This document shows positions 11,401 to 18,346 of a DNA stretch of 27,141 nt, in pieces. The DNA is taken from the IMG/VR virus record IMGVR_UViG_3300012953_000180, positions 1 to 27,141 of that record; one strand, 5' to 3'. Within the stretch, counting starts at the first letter, position 1. Every line of letters starts with the position of its first letter. A program made the translations under genes and the position numbers. The notes beneath the pieces are model-generated. The model ran no database searches and was not told the origin of the DNA. It saw only the letters and a list, made by a program, of their open reading frames with translations. The stretch is from a virus (lineage: Duplodnaviria > Caudoviricetes).

Positions 11401-11550
11401 AAGTTTGGTTCAAAGATGATGCCCGGTACAATCATTGAACAGGAACAGGCAGAAGGCTTAATCAAAACTGAGAAAGACTTCGAGAGACTAAAGGAACAGA
11501 AGAAAGCACTCATCTATAGATACATCGGATCTAAAGGTAAGTTGTTGTGA
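5491..11550 (+). CDS. Large internal virion (ejection) protein with zincin-like HExxH domain
   Basis: 2019 aa; Gly/Ala-rich hydrophobic N-terminus, 'PLHETVH...LDEFLAEE' motif, helical C-terminus with hydrophobic segments; T7 gp16-like position. Confidence 0.6.
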   Translation: MTLEEEKRRLRDRYNIPDNVEILTQEEYDIAEAEDRSALAVGFQSATRSVVPGLTGLGAMAAASKALSKIPARNVPTAIAKGAGMLGSAIVGGIAGDIAQTKVDEAIRGEEAVRETERELAAGRKAQPVASVTGEILGGSLGGGVAPSLKTAKGLGEAVKSGFGTRAKQSEAAKYAVGQSVVGAGIGGAVEGARQFQEGDFQPTALGAAMTGGALFTEPVGLGRKLLGTTAPPPSDAPERPVEFGIQVGEDLKDIKDLPVQEALLARSIVKGEDEGIGRRTLVDDMLEKVADDMEAASKKSDQVKQDADAIRETSENPKTSIEGEFEKINKDPKIDKALRELEKKQKPSKEDQVKITDQGKKKIESKISAMSNEDVARAFARLNQRKRAEVSTRFLQNQNKSIEDARAELMAEIETKLPADLFKTARNLANRRNITMRVAVDKLVDNAQGRALGFLHNKSNRVTNPEMVLSLDDINLETPLHETVHRFVRDLFESSNEVDQKLARGWYKELLSNDSSFNINKVKEKFKAKGYNFDKDEAYLDEFLAEEGGKKLEQRLRNLPKGTFDKMRRWYADVRRGQKVKYGKAAVNDILDYIAQRLELDPAALFDNDLWLRDGINYAKYIGLEKPKQLGGQAATASKIVDGTKYESSVEVFDMPKEVEEFLELPERPKEFAKNYAEDLNEFKIALDKNHSYNSTVEYLDGYMIDETNFDQFMNTVRKNSPLKKLYKSLDNKPQIILRTRRPEDAAGYFENDKIVIGVPTINETFDSTLARYLTYHKLLGDVRMNNQLASAWQMMAKSGMWFKNYEPYMVAKFMDYALNTNNKLDDAVKAKLRYYQNHLELEVPRGDYKTNIGRHQQYDTRIMHQGDALHGIFKALPLDVKQEFARRVAPVDGLGMSNDEYVEFFDTLLDSYGVTGSSVRKNFDDMQRSPQAMLENFVNDEAFNVIDRSKMIFDRVKDEGRNYTEFDRIQALWSDSNVSVDGVLANGMRSKFLETAEEIVGTKLDILTHNPQPPRPRQTDFEELWSVSKLASEESGADPIGKVDEETPIPMDSTPKGLSGVDRYEQKRYSRIPSPNFGEPSTWQLGRRFTRNFRPVIDRIRELGEGKSKELAGYIASKFESVHAEEREMVGRYLERTMLALSEVHLAGDEMATLGRYQTERWHTRLGLIDKIDDDLAKAYNSNARIRYYDRMIESVYRDTRILQNDLGLKVAVYRNGEPQYVPGQHTLEYTPEIIAQDKRRILMRGEKQSKEYQELKKQLIDYWKSISKDMSDEEFNDAVKQSEEAGIKDESDNVSLPSEKGKTNDEKLEILFDNFAGALRATDKQIGSHKFKALRVATGKLGIPAAWVEANAVQRMTRYVVRFAKDMAMFKHIELDPKARQILGMPDQEGKYITEYDLDGMENGGPFNLPTYDKENIKVKSGKALYDSNEIESVMENYIGYYEGYDLAIRTFNRLVTSSWLGAGAGIRDFFSSYLFALPYMRLQDLPILATHLLDIRDAWRKSFEYGINKTNLNNLEYKAESINRIADYANRAADTALRVGGRNILEQGTRALQFAFGKQITWAALHMRPLDAITTDWTANRLLNNLQKQMGDVVINGKKQNLMDYVGRGTKVPDELMDKAAAAWVEINQGTYDARGLPKFTQRGVLSMVTSLSRWSIEKSDRMVKDVIGPLKTQGDPLPLVKATIGAVIGGEALKYISEQIANKMQSDPKIIETLHMENDKELAYAVLNSMQYAGFFGFQSALIYDLVKTSRFGVMDGIPGGFTFPAFDQASKIVQDFSKFFSSGEMTGENFGTVWTKFIRKTFTDLNQTTRYAANHLLLSEDMSEFNARASLRKWERLTTDKDDQAVPSDVGNKYTNPARREFRKANNIADARKLLPVAVREAARDAMQKHPDNLAAQQLAFKNNLNALWTGNWRTTPALPSTREYVRQKDRIQYLGIEPSKADLARFPDLATINRSEKGAMLSRKFGSKMMPGTIIEQEQAEGLIKTEKDFERLKEQKKALIYRYIGSKGKLL

Positions 11551-11939
11551 AGACTATTGGATCACGGGGAGAACTTATCGTTGCTCAAGAGTTGATGCGG
11601 CGTGAATGGAACGTAGCCTTTCCTTATGGAGACAATTGTTATTACGATTTAATCGCAGAAAAGTCTTATCACTTCTGTCGTATCCAAGTTAAGTGTACTG
11701 AAAAGATTTCATTAACAGTACACCATCACGGGCCTCACTATTCCTTTAGCTTGAGTCACGGCAACAACACTAAAGAATCGTACACAAAAGAACACATTGA
11801 TTTTTTCATCTGTTGTGTTATTGATGGCAACCGCTTTTGGGTTCTGCCAGTAGAGGATGTTACTACAAAGACTCTGAAAATATTTAGAGACGGTAAGAAG
11901 TATCACGAATACGAAGGCGCATGGGACTTGCTACGATGA
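11547..11939 (+). CDS. PD-(D/E)XK endonuclease (I-Ssp6803I / PDDEXK_5-like)
   Basis: 'G.RGEL.V...L.....V..PYGDN..YDLI......RIQVK' catalytic pattern; GTG start overlapping the upstream stop. Confidence 0.75.
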   Translation: MKTIGSRGELIVAQELMRREWNVAFPYGDNCYYDLIAEKSYHFCRIQVKCTEKISLTVHHHGPHYSFSLSHGNNTKESYTKEHIDFFICCVIDGNRFWVLPVEDVTTKTLKIFRDGKKYHEYEGAWDLLR

Positions 11940-12061
11940 ATGAATTAATAGAAAACCTACATGAAGCACTACAACTTGCAGAGACTAGAGGTCAACGTAA
12001 GATTCTACTTCGCGCTATCGAGTTGGCTGAAAGAATCAAGGCTACCGTCAAATTCGAATGA
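11936..12061 (+). CDS. 41-aa hypothetical helical peptide (not in ORF track)
   Basis: MNELIENLHEALQLAETRGQRKILLRAIELAERIKATVKFE; ATGA-coupled to the endonuclease stop. Confidence 0.45.
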   Translation: MNELIENLHEALQLAETRGQRKILLRAIELAERIKATVKFE

Positions 12062-12211
12062 GCCTAGTTCTTTATAAGACTTACCTTGCTTCCGCAAGTA
12101 AGTGATCTTACCCTCGCATCCTACCATACAATCTTTATCTTTGATTAGTTCAACAGCACGTTTGCCGTTTGTATCAAGACGTAGGTGCGTTGTTCCTCTT
12201 GGCGGTTTCAT
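12005..12211 (-). CDS. Hypothetical protein (68 aa)
   Basis: ATG at 12211 (MKPPRGTTHLRLD...) preferred over the TTG extension; last ORF of the minus-strand operon. Confidence 0.5.
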   Translation of the reverse strand: MKPPRGTTHLRLDTNGKRAVELIKDKDCMVGCEGKITYLRKQGKSYKELGSFEFDGSLDSFSQLDSAK

Positions 12212-12286
12212 GAAACTGGTCGAGCCTTGAAAAACCAAGAAAAACAAGACTCACAAACAGACACCGCTACAAATGTCTGACCCAGT

Positions 12287-13528
12287 TTAAAAGTTAAGGC
12301 TATCATATACATCGTCAACTAATGCCCTAAACCAGCCGCCGGTATTCTCAACTTGTTCTGTAGTTACAAGGAACTCTAGCACTTGGTCTAGTTCCTGTTT
12401 CGTAACCTCAGATACAAATTTCAGCCATAACTTTTTGTAGCGAACACCTGAGTCCGAGTCAATAATATATCTTAAAATATGCTTGGTGATTTCACCAATC
12501 GGATTACGTCCAACAGTATTGAACGCTTCGTGCATCTTGTGTTCCGTTATGGTCAACAACTTGAATGCACGTTTGATCTGCGACAATGAAATCTCCTTCG
12601 TCGTGCCATCAGCGAAGTGCATTAGCATGGCAGTCTTCAATAGATGAACATTCTTTCTGCCGTAATAATTATCGAGTCGCGGATCTTTATTCACGCGCTT
12701 TCTGTCCAGTTCTCCTGACTCATAAAGATGCTTGTGCCACTCAGATGCTTCATCGTCTAGCTTACATTCACCGGAGATTTTATGGAGTCCGTACAACCAA
12801 CTAACGATGTCGTTACGGCAACGTATCTGTTCGTCTGATAGACCGGGAAACTGACGAAAGAATCTAGGCGCATGGCCGAATACAATGATGACGCGAGAAG
12901 TAAAACCCTGCGATATAATCCTATCGCTAAACGCTTCGCGAATGAATGAAGGTGTTGTTCCTCCCAGCATTGTTACGCAGATGTTCGTGATGTCATCTGA
13001 GCCTTGATGCTTACTCTTGTAATGGTAACTGCGTGAGTCGTAGAACTGGTTCAGCATATTCACCATGTCCTCGGAGTTCTTACGAAAGAGTACACCGAGT
13101 TCCTCGATCATAAAGCAGATGGAATGATGCGACTTGTTCTTTACCGCACTACCTCCGAGTCGAGTATCTGGCACTTTAAACTTGCGCATACAGTCATCGC
13201 TCATGTAACGAAGCAAACCTTCTTGAGTTGTTGTGTCCGCACCGTAAGGATACATCGGAACCATCGCGTTCTTCTCAGCATCAAACTCCATCAGCTTCTC
13301 GCTCTTTACAATGTCGGTAACTTGCGAGATCACGCGAGACTTACCAGCAGCAGGAGGCCCGACAAGCAACGTAAAGATGTTTGGATATATAGACATTGAA
13401 TCTGGATACAACCAGACTCGCCTCTGTAACGCAGCACTTATCAAACTGTAGAAACTCCAATCAATAAATAGATCGGGTGATTCCATATCTTTGAGATAGT
13501 GCCGCCACTTCTCAAGATTAGTCATCAA
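12287..13528 (-). CDS. DUF3987/YfjI-like AAA+ ATPase, putative replicative helicase
   Basis: Walker A GPPAAGKS, Walker B 'FMIEELG', 'LGGTTP', 'GFTSRVI' Arg-finger-like segment, winged-helix-like C-terminus; next to the DNA polymerase. Confidence 0.7.
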   Translation of the reverse strand: MMTNLEKWRHYLKDMESPDLFIDWSFYSLISAALQRRVWLYPDSMSIYPNIFTLLVGPPAAGKSRVISQVTDIVKSEKLMEFDAEKNAMVPMYPYGADTTTQEGLLRYMSDDCMRKFKVPDTRLGGSAVKNKSHHSICFMIEELGVLFRKNSEDMVNMLNQFYDSRSYHYKSKHQGSDDITNICVTMLGGTTPSFIREAFSDRIISQGFTSRVIIVFGHAPRFFRQFPGLSDEQIRCRNDIVSWLYGLHKISGECKLDDEASEWHKHLYESGELDRKRVNKDPRLDNYYGRKNVHLLKTAMLMHFADGTTKEISLSQIKRAFKLLTITEHKMHEAFNTVGRNPIGEITKHILRYIIDSDSGVRYKKLWLKFVSEVTKQELDQVLEFLVTTEQVENTGGWFRALVDDVYDSLNF

Positions 13529-13703
13529 GTGTTTCTATTAGTTTTGCGATTATTGAATACTGCTCAAAGGTTAAAGCAGGATGTAGCGTCCCGTCTACCG
13601 TTATGAATAGTAATGGTTGGTTTTCATCTCCATCGAAGAAGTTGTCGATCGCGACACTTATATTAGTCTCGCCTATGTTGTAGCTTATTATTGGTTTAGA
13701 CAT
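13518..13703 (-). CDS. Hypothetical protein (61 aa)
   Basis: Fills the gap between polymerase and helicase with short overlaps at both ends. Confidence 0.6.
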   Translation of the reverse strand: MSKPIISYNIGETNISVAIDNFFDGDENQPLLFITVDGTLHPALTFEQYSIIAKLIETLDD

Positions 13704-16062
13704 CTATCATTTCCTTCCAGTTATCCCCGATCATTGCTTCTGATCTCATAGAGAATCGCTCGCCACGGGGAGAAATCATTTCACGATTCAGATGCTTCAT
13801 TGCTTCTTGGGCAACAAATTCTGAATACTCAGGTGCGCATTGAAGCAGCACACTATCATGGTTGTTTTGGAGTACGTCAACTCCTAACTCTTGCAAATCT
13901 TGTCGGTTCTGTAGCTCGACAAATGCGAGATTTGTAATGCATCCGACAGTCGATTGAGGTACGAATGCATACGCTTCCTTGTACATTGATTCATCAATGA
14001 TGCCGGTGAAGTATCGCGGATAACCAAACAAGTTTTTGAGCGTTCGTGTTTCCTTGAGTCGATCTACTGTGTCGTTGTGCCATTGGTTTATCTCAGGGAA
14101 CAACTTGTGATAGGTGCTGAGAAATCGTTTAGCTTCTTTCGATTCAAGAGCGATTGCACCTTGAGACTTTTGCAAGATATTTGTACGGAAGGTTGGTGCT
14201 TTCATTCCGTAGTTGGATGCGTGACAAACCATCTTGGCCATGAAGTAGTAGCGTTTATCGGCAGTCCAATTGTCGCTATCTTTAATTACATTGTTGAGTT
14301 CATCCCAACCTTTGATGTCTTTGAGTTCATGGATAGGGGCTTCGCAGAATTCGTCGATGCTTCTACCAAGTTCAGCAGACCAGACATCAGGAAACAGACG
14401 CATGGCAACAAACACATGGGACTTGATGCCTTCAAGAAATAGTGTGCGGAAGTTGCCTTGTGTGCATAGGTAGCCAACGATCATTGCTTCTGCTCCTGCT
14501 TGGTCAGCTTGCACAAGAACTTTTCCCTCGTCAGCAATGAACAGATGTCGCAGCTTCTTTGGTATGTTCTGGATGTTCGTACCCCAGCGACCAAGTAGCT
14601 TGCGACTTGCTAGTCTGAATGTAGATGTACCAGCCAAGTTGTACGAGGTCGTGATGCGATCAACCATTGGTATGTTGTATAAACCGTCGTAAGGATTGTA
14701 CTTGAGTTGGCCTGACTCCTTGGCGATTGATCGGTACTTGAGAATTATTGAGATCGCTGGAAGATCATACTTGAGTCGATGCTGAAGCAGAGTCTTCTCG
14801 TTTGTTAAATCCTTCGCCGGTTTCTTGAGCTTCATGCGGTCATACAAATAGACAGATACTTGCTTCGGACTGTTTGGATTTAGATCGTGACCAACAAGGA
14901 GACTTAGCATTCTACGAAGTTGATTCTTGTGCCGTTCGTTGCGCATCAGAATCTTTTTCTTCTCTGCTGTATTGATGCGGAGTCCCTGACACATTGCAGT
15001 AAGGTACGGCACTACCATTGAGTTCGCCTGTTCGATGGATTTAGTTGCGTTCATCGTAACTGCAAGTTCGTCAATGGATGGTTTAATCAATGCCATCGTG
15101 AGTACGTCCTTGACGTTGTAATGGTAGAGTTGATCAAACTGTTCTGCGTTCTGTGGATTGTAGCAACCTTCGTTCTTGTGATAAGGCTGATCTGTGTAAA
15201 GTGATATGCAATGTCCGAGAGACTTCTCTATTTCAGGGAACAGTCTATGGTGCGCCAGCATTGTATCATAAACTTTGCGGGGAGCAGGAATACCATATCG
15301 GTATGCGATAACAAACAAATCAAAGAGCGCGTTGTGTATGACTACTGTGTTGTCTCTGAGTGCAACAGCAAGTGCGCGTAAAATCTGATGAGTCTCGTCG
15401 TAATGATAGTAGTTTATTCGCAGCATTGGTACGCAGTAACCTTTGCCGCCAAACGAGAATCCGAAACAAGTCATCTCAAGGCTAGGATTTGTTTCGATGT
15501 CAAAGAACATATCCTTGCCTTTAGTGTTTGTTAGTAAATCTATAACTTCGGATGCTTTGGGATAGATGTCACTCTCGCCTTCGATGGGATTAGGCGGAGT
15601 CTTGAGATAACCGGCAGCTTTTGATACATCCCGTTGCATCCAGTATCGCCAGTTAGATCGTTTGGTTTTGCCGTGCCTCTCAGTTTCGTCGTAATCGTAC
15701 TCGGTTTCGTGAGCGAGCGGATTGAAGTATGCCTTGCGATCAATGGCATTTTGCGGAGCGAACGTAGCAATGTAGGTGCGTCCATGTACAATCCAAGGAC
15801 AGCCACGTTGACCACCGAGTTTTGAGTTCTTGAAAGTTTTAAGAGCCTTCTCGCCCAACAACAAAATTACTTTTGTGTCGGGGAGAAAGCCTTCGCCCAA
15901 GGTATTGAGCAATCTGATGTCGCAAGATTGTCTCGGAATACCAAGGGCGTTTTGGAATAGATGACCAGCGTAGCCTGAGATTAGACTACCCTTGTCGAAT
16001 CTACTTGGACTTTCGAGAATTACCGTTAGACCGCTGTACTTTAGACTTGGTTTGTGTCTCAC
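13696..16062 (-). CDS. polA: Family A DNA polymerase with 3'-5' exonuclease and N-terminal UDG-like domain
   Basis: ExoI FFDIET, ExoII HNALFD, ExoIII YNVKD; 'TFRLAS', 'NIQNIP', motif A ADQAGAE, motif B KMVCHASNYG, motif C NHDSV; N-terminal 'ESPS...GYAG..F', 'VILLLGEKA', 'ATFAP'. Confidence 0.92.
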   Translation of the reverse strand: MRHKPSLKYSGLTVILESPSRFDKGSLISGYAGHLFQNALGIPRQSCDIRLLNTLGEGFLPDTKVILLLGEKALKTFKNSKLGGQRGCPWIVHGRTYIATFAPQNAIDRKAYFNPLAHETEYDYDETERHGKTKRSNWRYWMQRDVSKAAGYLKTPPNPIEGESDIYPKASEVIDLLTNTKGKDMFFDIETNPSLEMTCFGFSFGGKGYCVPMLRINYYHYDETHQILRALAVALRDNTVVIHNALFDLFVIAYRYGIPAPRKVYDTMLAHHRLFPEIEKSLGHCISLYTDQPYHKNEGCYNPQNAEQFDQLYHYNVKDVLTMALIKPSIDELAVTMNATKSIEQANSMVVPYLTAMCQGLRINTAEKKKILMRNERHKNQLRRMLSLLVGHDLNPNSPKQVSVYLYDRMKLKKPAKDLTNEKTLLQHRLKYDLPAISIILKYRSIAKESGQLKYNPYDGLYNIPMVDRITTSYNLAGTSTFRLASRKLLGRWGTNIQNIPKKLRHLFIADEGKVLVQADQAGAEAMIVGYLCTQGNFRTLFLEGIKSHVFVAMRLFPDVWSAELGRSIDEFCEAPIHELKDIKGWDELNNVIKDSDNWTADKRYYFMAKMVCHASNYGMKAPTFRTNILQKSQGAIALESKEAKRFLSTYHKLFPEINQWHNDTVDRLKETRTLKNLFGYPRYFTGIIDESMYKEAYAFVPQSTVGCITNLAFVELQNRQDLQELGVDVLQNNHDSVLLQCAPEYSEFVAQEAMKHLNREMISPRGERFSMRSEAMIGDNWKEMIDV

Positions 16063-16273
16063 GCGCCTTGAGTGCTTCTTGTTTGAGCTTGTCCTTGATT
16101 GAATCTTGTTTGATGTAATCTTGTAGCATTAGGATTGCATCATGGATTCCCGATAGATAACCGTCTGCCAAAGCCTCGGCTTGCATCTCAGTTGTCTTGA
16201 TTCGTAACCGTTCCAATGCTTGTGCATTGTCCTTGGTACGAATGTCATCAATTATGGTCGTTAATTCTTTCAC
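16001..16273 (-). CDS. Hypothetical protein (90 aa)
   Basis: Helical ORF in operon orientation overlapping its neighbours. Confidence 0.55.
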   Translation of the reverse strand: MKELTTIIDDIRTKDNAQALERLRIKTTEMQAEALADGYLSGIHDAILMLQDYIKQDSIKDKLKQEALKARETQTKSKVQRSNGNSRKSK

Positions 16274-16481
16274 AGTATTTTCTTTTAACGTAGTCAGGTG
16301 TTCCGTATCTTTTTCTTACTTCAGCAGTACGCCGCGCCTTGTGCGGAAAGTCTACTTTGTAATCCATTGTGCGACTTTCGTGATGACCAACTTCGTTGGT
16401 CTTGAGTCCATGTCGTCGCGCAAATTTCTTAAATTTTCTATCAAGGTCTTCCTTGTTTATTTCTAGTTCGTAATATTTCAT
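16248..16481 (-). CDS. Hypothetical basic protein (77 aa)
   Basis: ATG immediately after a terminator-like hairpin; operon orientation. Confidence 0.55.
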   Translation of the reverse strand: MKYYELEINKEDLDRKFKKFARRHGLKTNEVGHHESRTMDYKVDFPHKARRTAEVRKRYGTPDYVKRKYCERINDHN

Positions 16482-16483
16482 TG

Positions 16484-16511
16484 AAAAAAGGGGGAGGTTT
16501 TACCCTCCCCC
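16484..16511 (-). terminator. Intrinsic terminator after the SSB-like gene
   Basis: GGGGGAGG-GTAAAA-CCTCCCCC-TTTTTT on the minus strand. Confidence 0.8.
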
Positions 16512-16517
16512 ATTTGG

Positions 16518-17021
16518 TTACGCAAGATCGTGTTCGGGTGCTTTACTAATCAGTTCCCCAACTGAATACGAGTTGAAGGTGATTGGGTCGCCGGTAGACG
16601 GGTCTACCATTGCTTCACCTTCCGCATTCTTCCTTACAACCTTCTCGGTCTTGATGGTTGCGTAGGCAGCCTTGCCCTTGTAGATAGAACCATCCGGCTC
16701 GACAGTACCCCAAGGGTCACTCTCATCGGAACAGTTCAACTCGAAAGGCAAATCGAGAACACGATGATTACGCTTGATGCGCAATGCCATCTTCTCGATA
16801 AACACGAGGTACTCGCGGAATTGCAAACCAGCAATCCGTACATTTCCCAAGTCTGGATCTTCGATAGACTCAGGTGCAACGATCTCCCAAGTCAAGACAA
16901 CCATCGGGTTGCCGCTCTGTGACTGACGGGTTTCGGTATCGGCTACACGAATAGTGTAGTTGTTTGAAGGCAGAAACGGACGAGCGTTCTCCTTTACATC
17001 ATTTAGGTTAATAGTAGGCAT
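16518..17021 (-). CDS. DUF669-like single-stranded DNA-binding protein
   Basis: 'FLPSNNYTIRVADTETRQSQSGNPMVVLTWEIV' typical of DUF669/OB-fold phage SSBs; near a Sak4-like ATPase. Confidence 0.65.
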   Translation of the reverse strand: MPTINLNDVKENARPFLPSNNYTIRVADTETRQSQSGNPMVVLTWEIVAPESIEDPDLGNVRIAGLQFREYLVFIEKMALRIKRNHRVLDLPFELNCSDESDPWGTVEPDGSIYKGKAAYATIKTEKVVRKNAEGEAMVDPSTGDPITFNSYSVGELISKAPEHDLA

Positions 17022-17058
17022 TTTTACCAGTTATCCTCACTTCGTGTGAGAAAGTATC

Positions 17059-17146
17059 GACGGGCGATCAATGCAGGGACACATACTAGCTAACTGAGGA
17101 AAAACCAGTAAACCTGTCTGCATCTTAATAGCAGTATGTACCCGTC
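17059..17146 (-). ncRNA. Candidate pseudoknotted RNA in the leader of the SSB-like gene
   Basis: Pairings 17141-46/17059-64, 17133-40/17080-87, 17129-32/17089-92 and crossing helix 17118-23/17071-76. Confidence 0.45.
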
Positions 17147-17152
17147 TGAAAT

Positions 17153-17317
17153 TCATTTATCTTCTACGGTAATACCGTGTTCATTCTCTATTTTTTCTAG
17201 TTGATCTTCTAGTTGATGGATTCTATTCCATGCAAACTTTAGATGCTCATCTTTAAGTTCCAATGCTTTTGCTTGGTCAACTACTTGATCAACAGCACTT
17301 ATGTAATAGTCAGGCAT
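17153..17317 (-). CDS. Hypothetical coiled-coil protein (54 aa)
   Basis: ATG at 17317 (MPDYYISAVD...) overlaps the ATPase stop. Confidence 0.55.
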   Translation of the reverse strand: MPDYYISAVDQVVDQAKALELKDEHLKFAWNRIHQLEDQLEKIENEHGITVEDK

Positions 17318-17954
17318 AGTATGCGTTGCAAGACTTGATGACTTCGTTGAGATCGTTGGGTATGTAGAGGTCATCGAACATACCAAGAGGAGTCTTCGCA
17401 GATGTCACTCCATCAGAGTTTGTCTGGAAACAATAGTCGATTGAGTTATCTCCCTTGCGAACTTCTGTAAATAGAACCATCAGTAGTTCCTTCTCGATGC
17501 AACCTTCATGCTGCTTGCCTTGCACCTTGATACGTCGAGTATTGTACTCACCGCCAGTTGGCTGAGTGACACGCACGATCTCGTCGATTGCCGTGAATAT
17601 GAAGATGGCTTTTTCATTCTTCACTTTGTCGAGTAGGTCGCGAATCTGTTTGTTGTAGTACGACCAGACATCGTAACCCTTGTACATCTTACTGGCGTAA
17701 CTGGATAGTTGTTCGCAGTATTTGGTGAAGGATTCAAAGACAACAATATCTGAGTTCTTGATTGCCTTTTCGATGGCAGGATTAACGTCAGGTATCTTGT
17801 CTACCGATATGATGTCGAACTTCTTTGCTTCTTTGAATGGGAAGCCTTTGCGTTCTAGGTCGATGATGGTTGTCTTGTTTGCTGGTAGTCGGCGCAGGGA
17901 TGTTGATTTGCCCGTGCCACTACCGCCAACTATTCCGATGATAGGTTTGTTCAT
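17310..17954 (-). CDS. AAA_24 / Sak4-like ATPase (recombination)
   Basis: Walker A GGSGTGKST, 'IIDLERKGFPF', 'VVFESFT'; start MNKPII at 17954 with ATGA overlap; exonuclease-ATPase-SSB synteny. Confidence 0.75.
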   Translation of the reverse strand: MNKPIIGIVGGSGTGKSTSLRRLPANKTTIIDLERKGFPFKEAKKFDIISVDKIPDVNPAIEKAIKNSDIVVFESFTKYCEQLSSYASKMYKGYDVWSYYNKQIRDLLDKVKNEKAIFIFTAIDEIVRVTQPTGGEYNTRRIKVQGKQHEGCIEKELLMVLFTEVRKGDNSIDYCFQTNSDGVTSAKTPLGMFDDLYIPNDLNEVIKSCNAYYA

Positions 17955-18346
17955 ATAATTGTAATCTCGATGTTGCGAGGTTTGGTTTGTTCTGTCGTTG
18001 GCCAAGACTTGTCGAGAAGCATTTGGCCGATCAATCCATAGTTTACTATGTCTTGAAAAGTATCAGCAAGTGATTCGTTGTTTGGTTCGCGATTGTTCTC
18101 AAGGAGATTCTTGAGTCTGAAGATTTTATCGACGAGCCGAGTCTTCAATCCGAGTAGTCCCTCGGATGAAATGTTCAATGGCCCATAGTCCAGTTGTTTC
18201 GCGTCAAGCAACTTGACACAATCAAGTGCGTTTAGAAACGCTTGATTGCCAGCAATCGTGATTAGTGAAATGTCGATGTTGGTTTTTGGTTGTTCACCGT
18301 CCATTGCATTCATGGTCATTTTGGTTTCTCTCTCGAAACTATTCAT
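17951..18346 (-). CDS. Nucleotide modification associated domain 1 (DUF1599-like, all-alpha NTP-PPase-like)
   Basis: 'LLDAKQLDYG...RLVDKIFRL...ESLADTFQDIVNY' pattern. Confidence 0.7.
   Translation of the reverse strand: MNSFERETKMTMNAMDGEQPKTNIDISLITIAGNQAFLNALDCVKLLDAKQLDYGPLNISSEGLLGLKTRLVDKIFRLKNLLENNREPNNESLADTFQDIVNYGLIGQMLLDKSWPTTEQTKPRNIEITII

Noticed and set aside
5491-11550. 2019-aa protein as a virion RNA polymerase
   Set aside because: I found no DxDGD/DFDxD or T7/N4-type polymerase motifs; YDLDGM is not a match. A structure search would be needed to exclude it fully.
13169-13186. TGGCACTTTAAACTTGC and other intragenic TGGCAC hits (e.g. near 7420, 8980, 20215, 23025, 25740) as sigma54 promoters
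   Set aside because: GG-to-GC spacing is not 10 nt or the -12 GC is missing; most lie inside genes.
1269-16466. Many 60-120 aa ORF-track entries antisense or out-of-frame within long genes
   Set aside because: Fully nested in well-supported CDSs with no motifs; treated as shadow ORFs.
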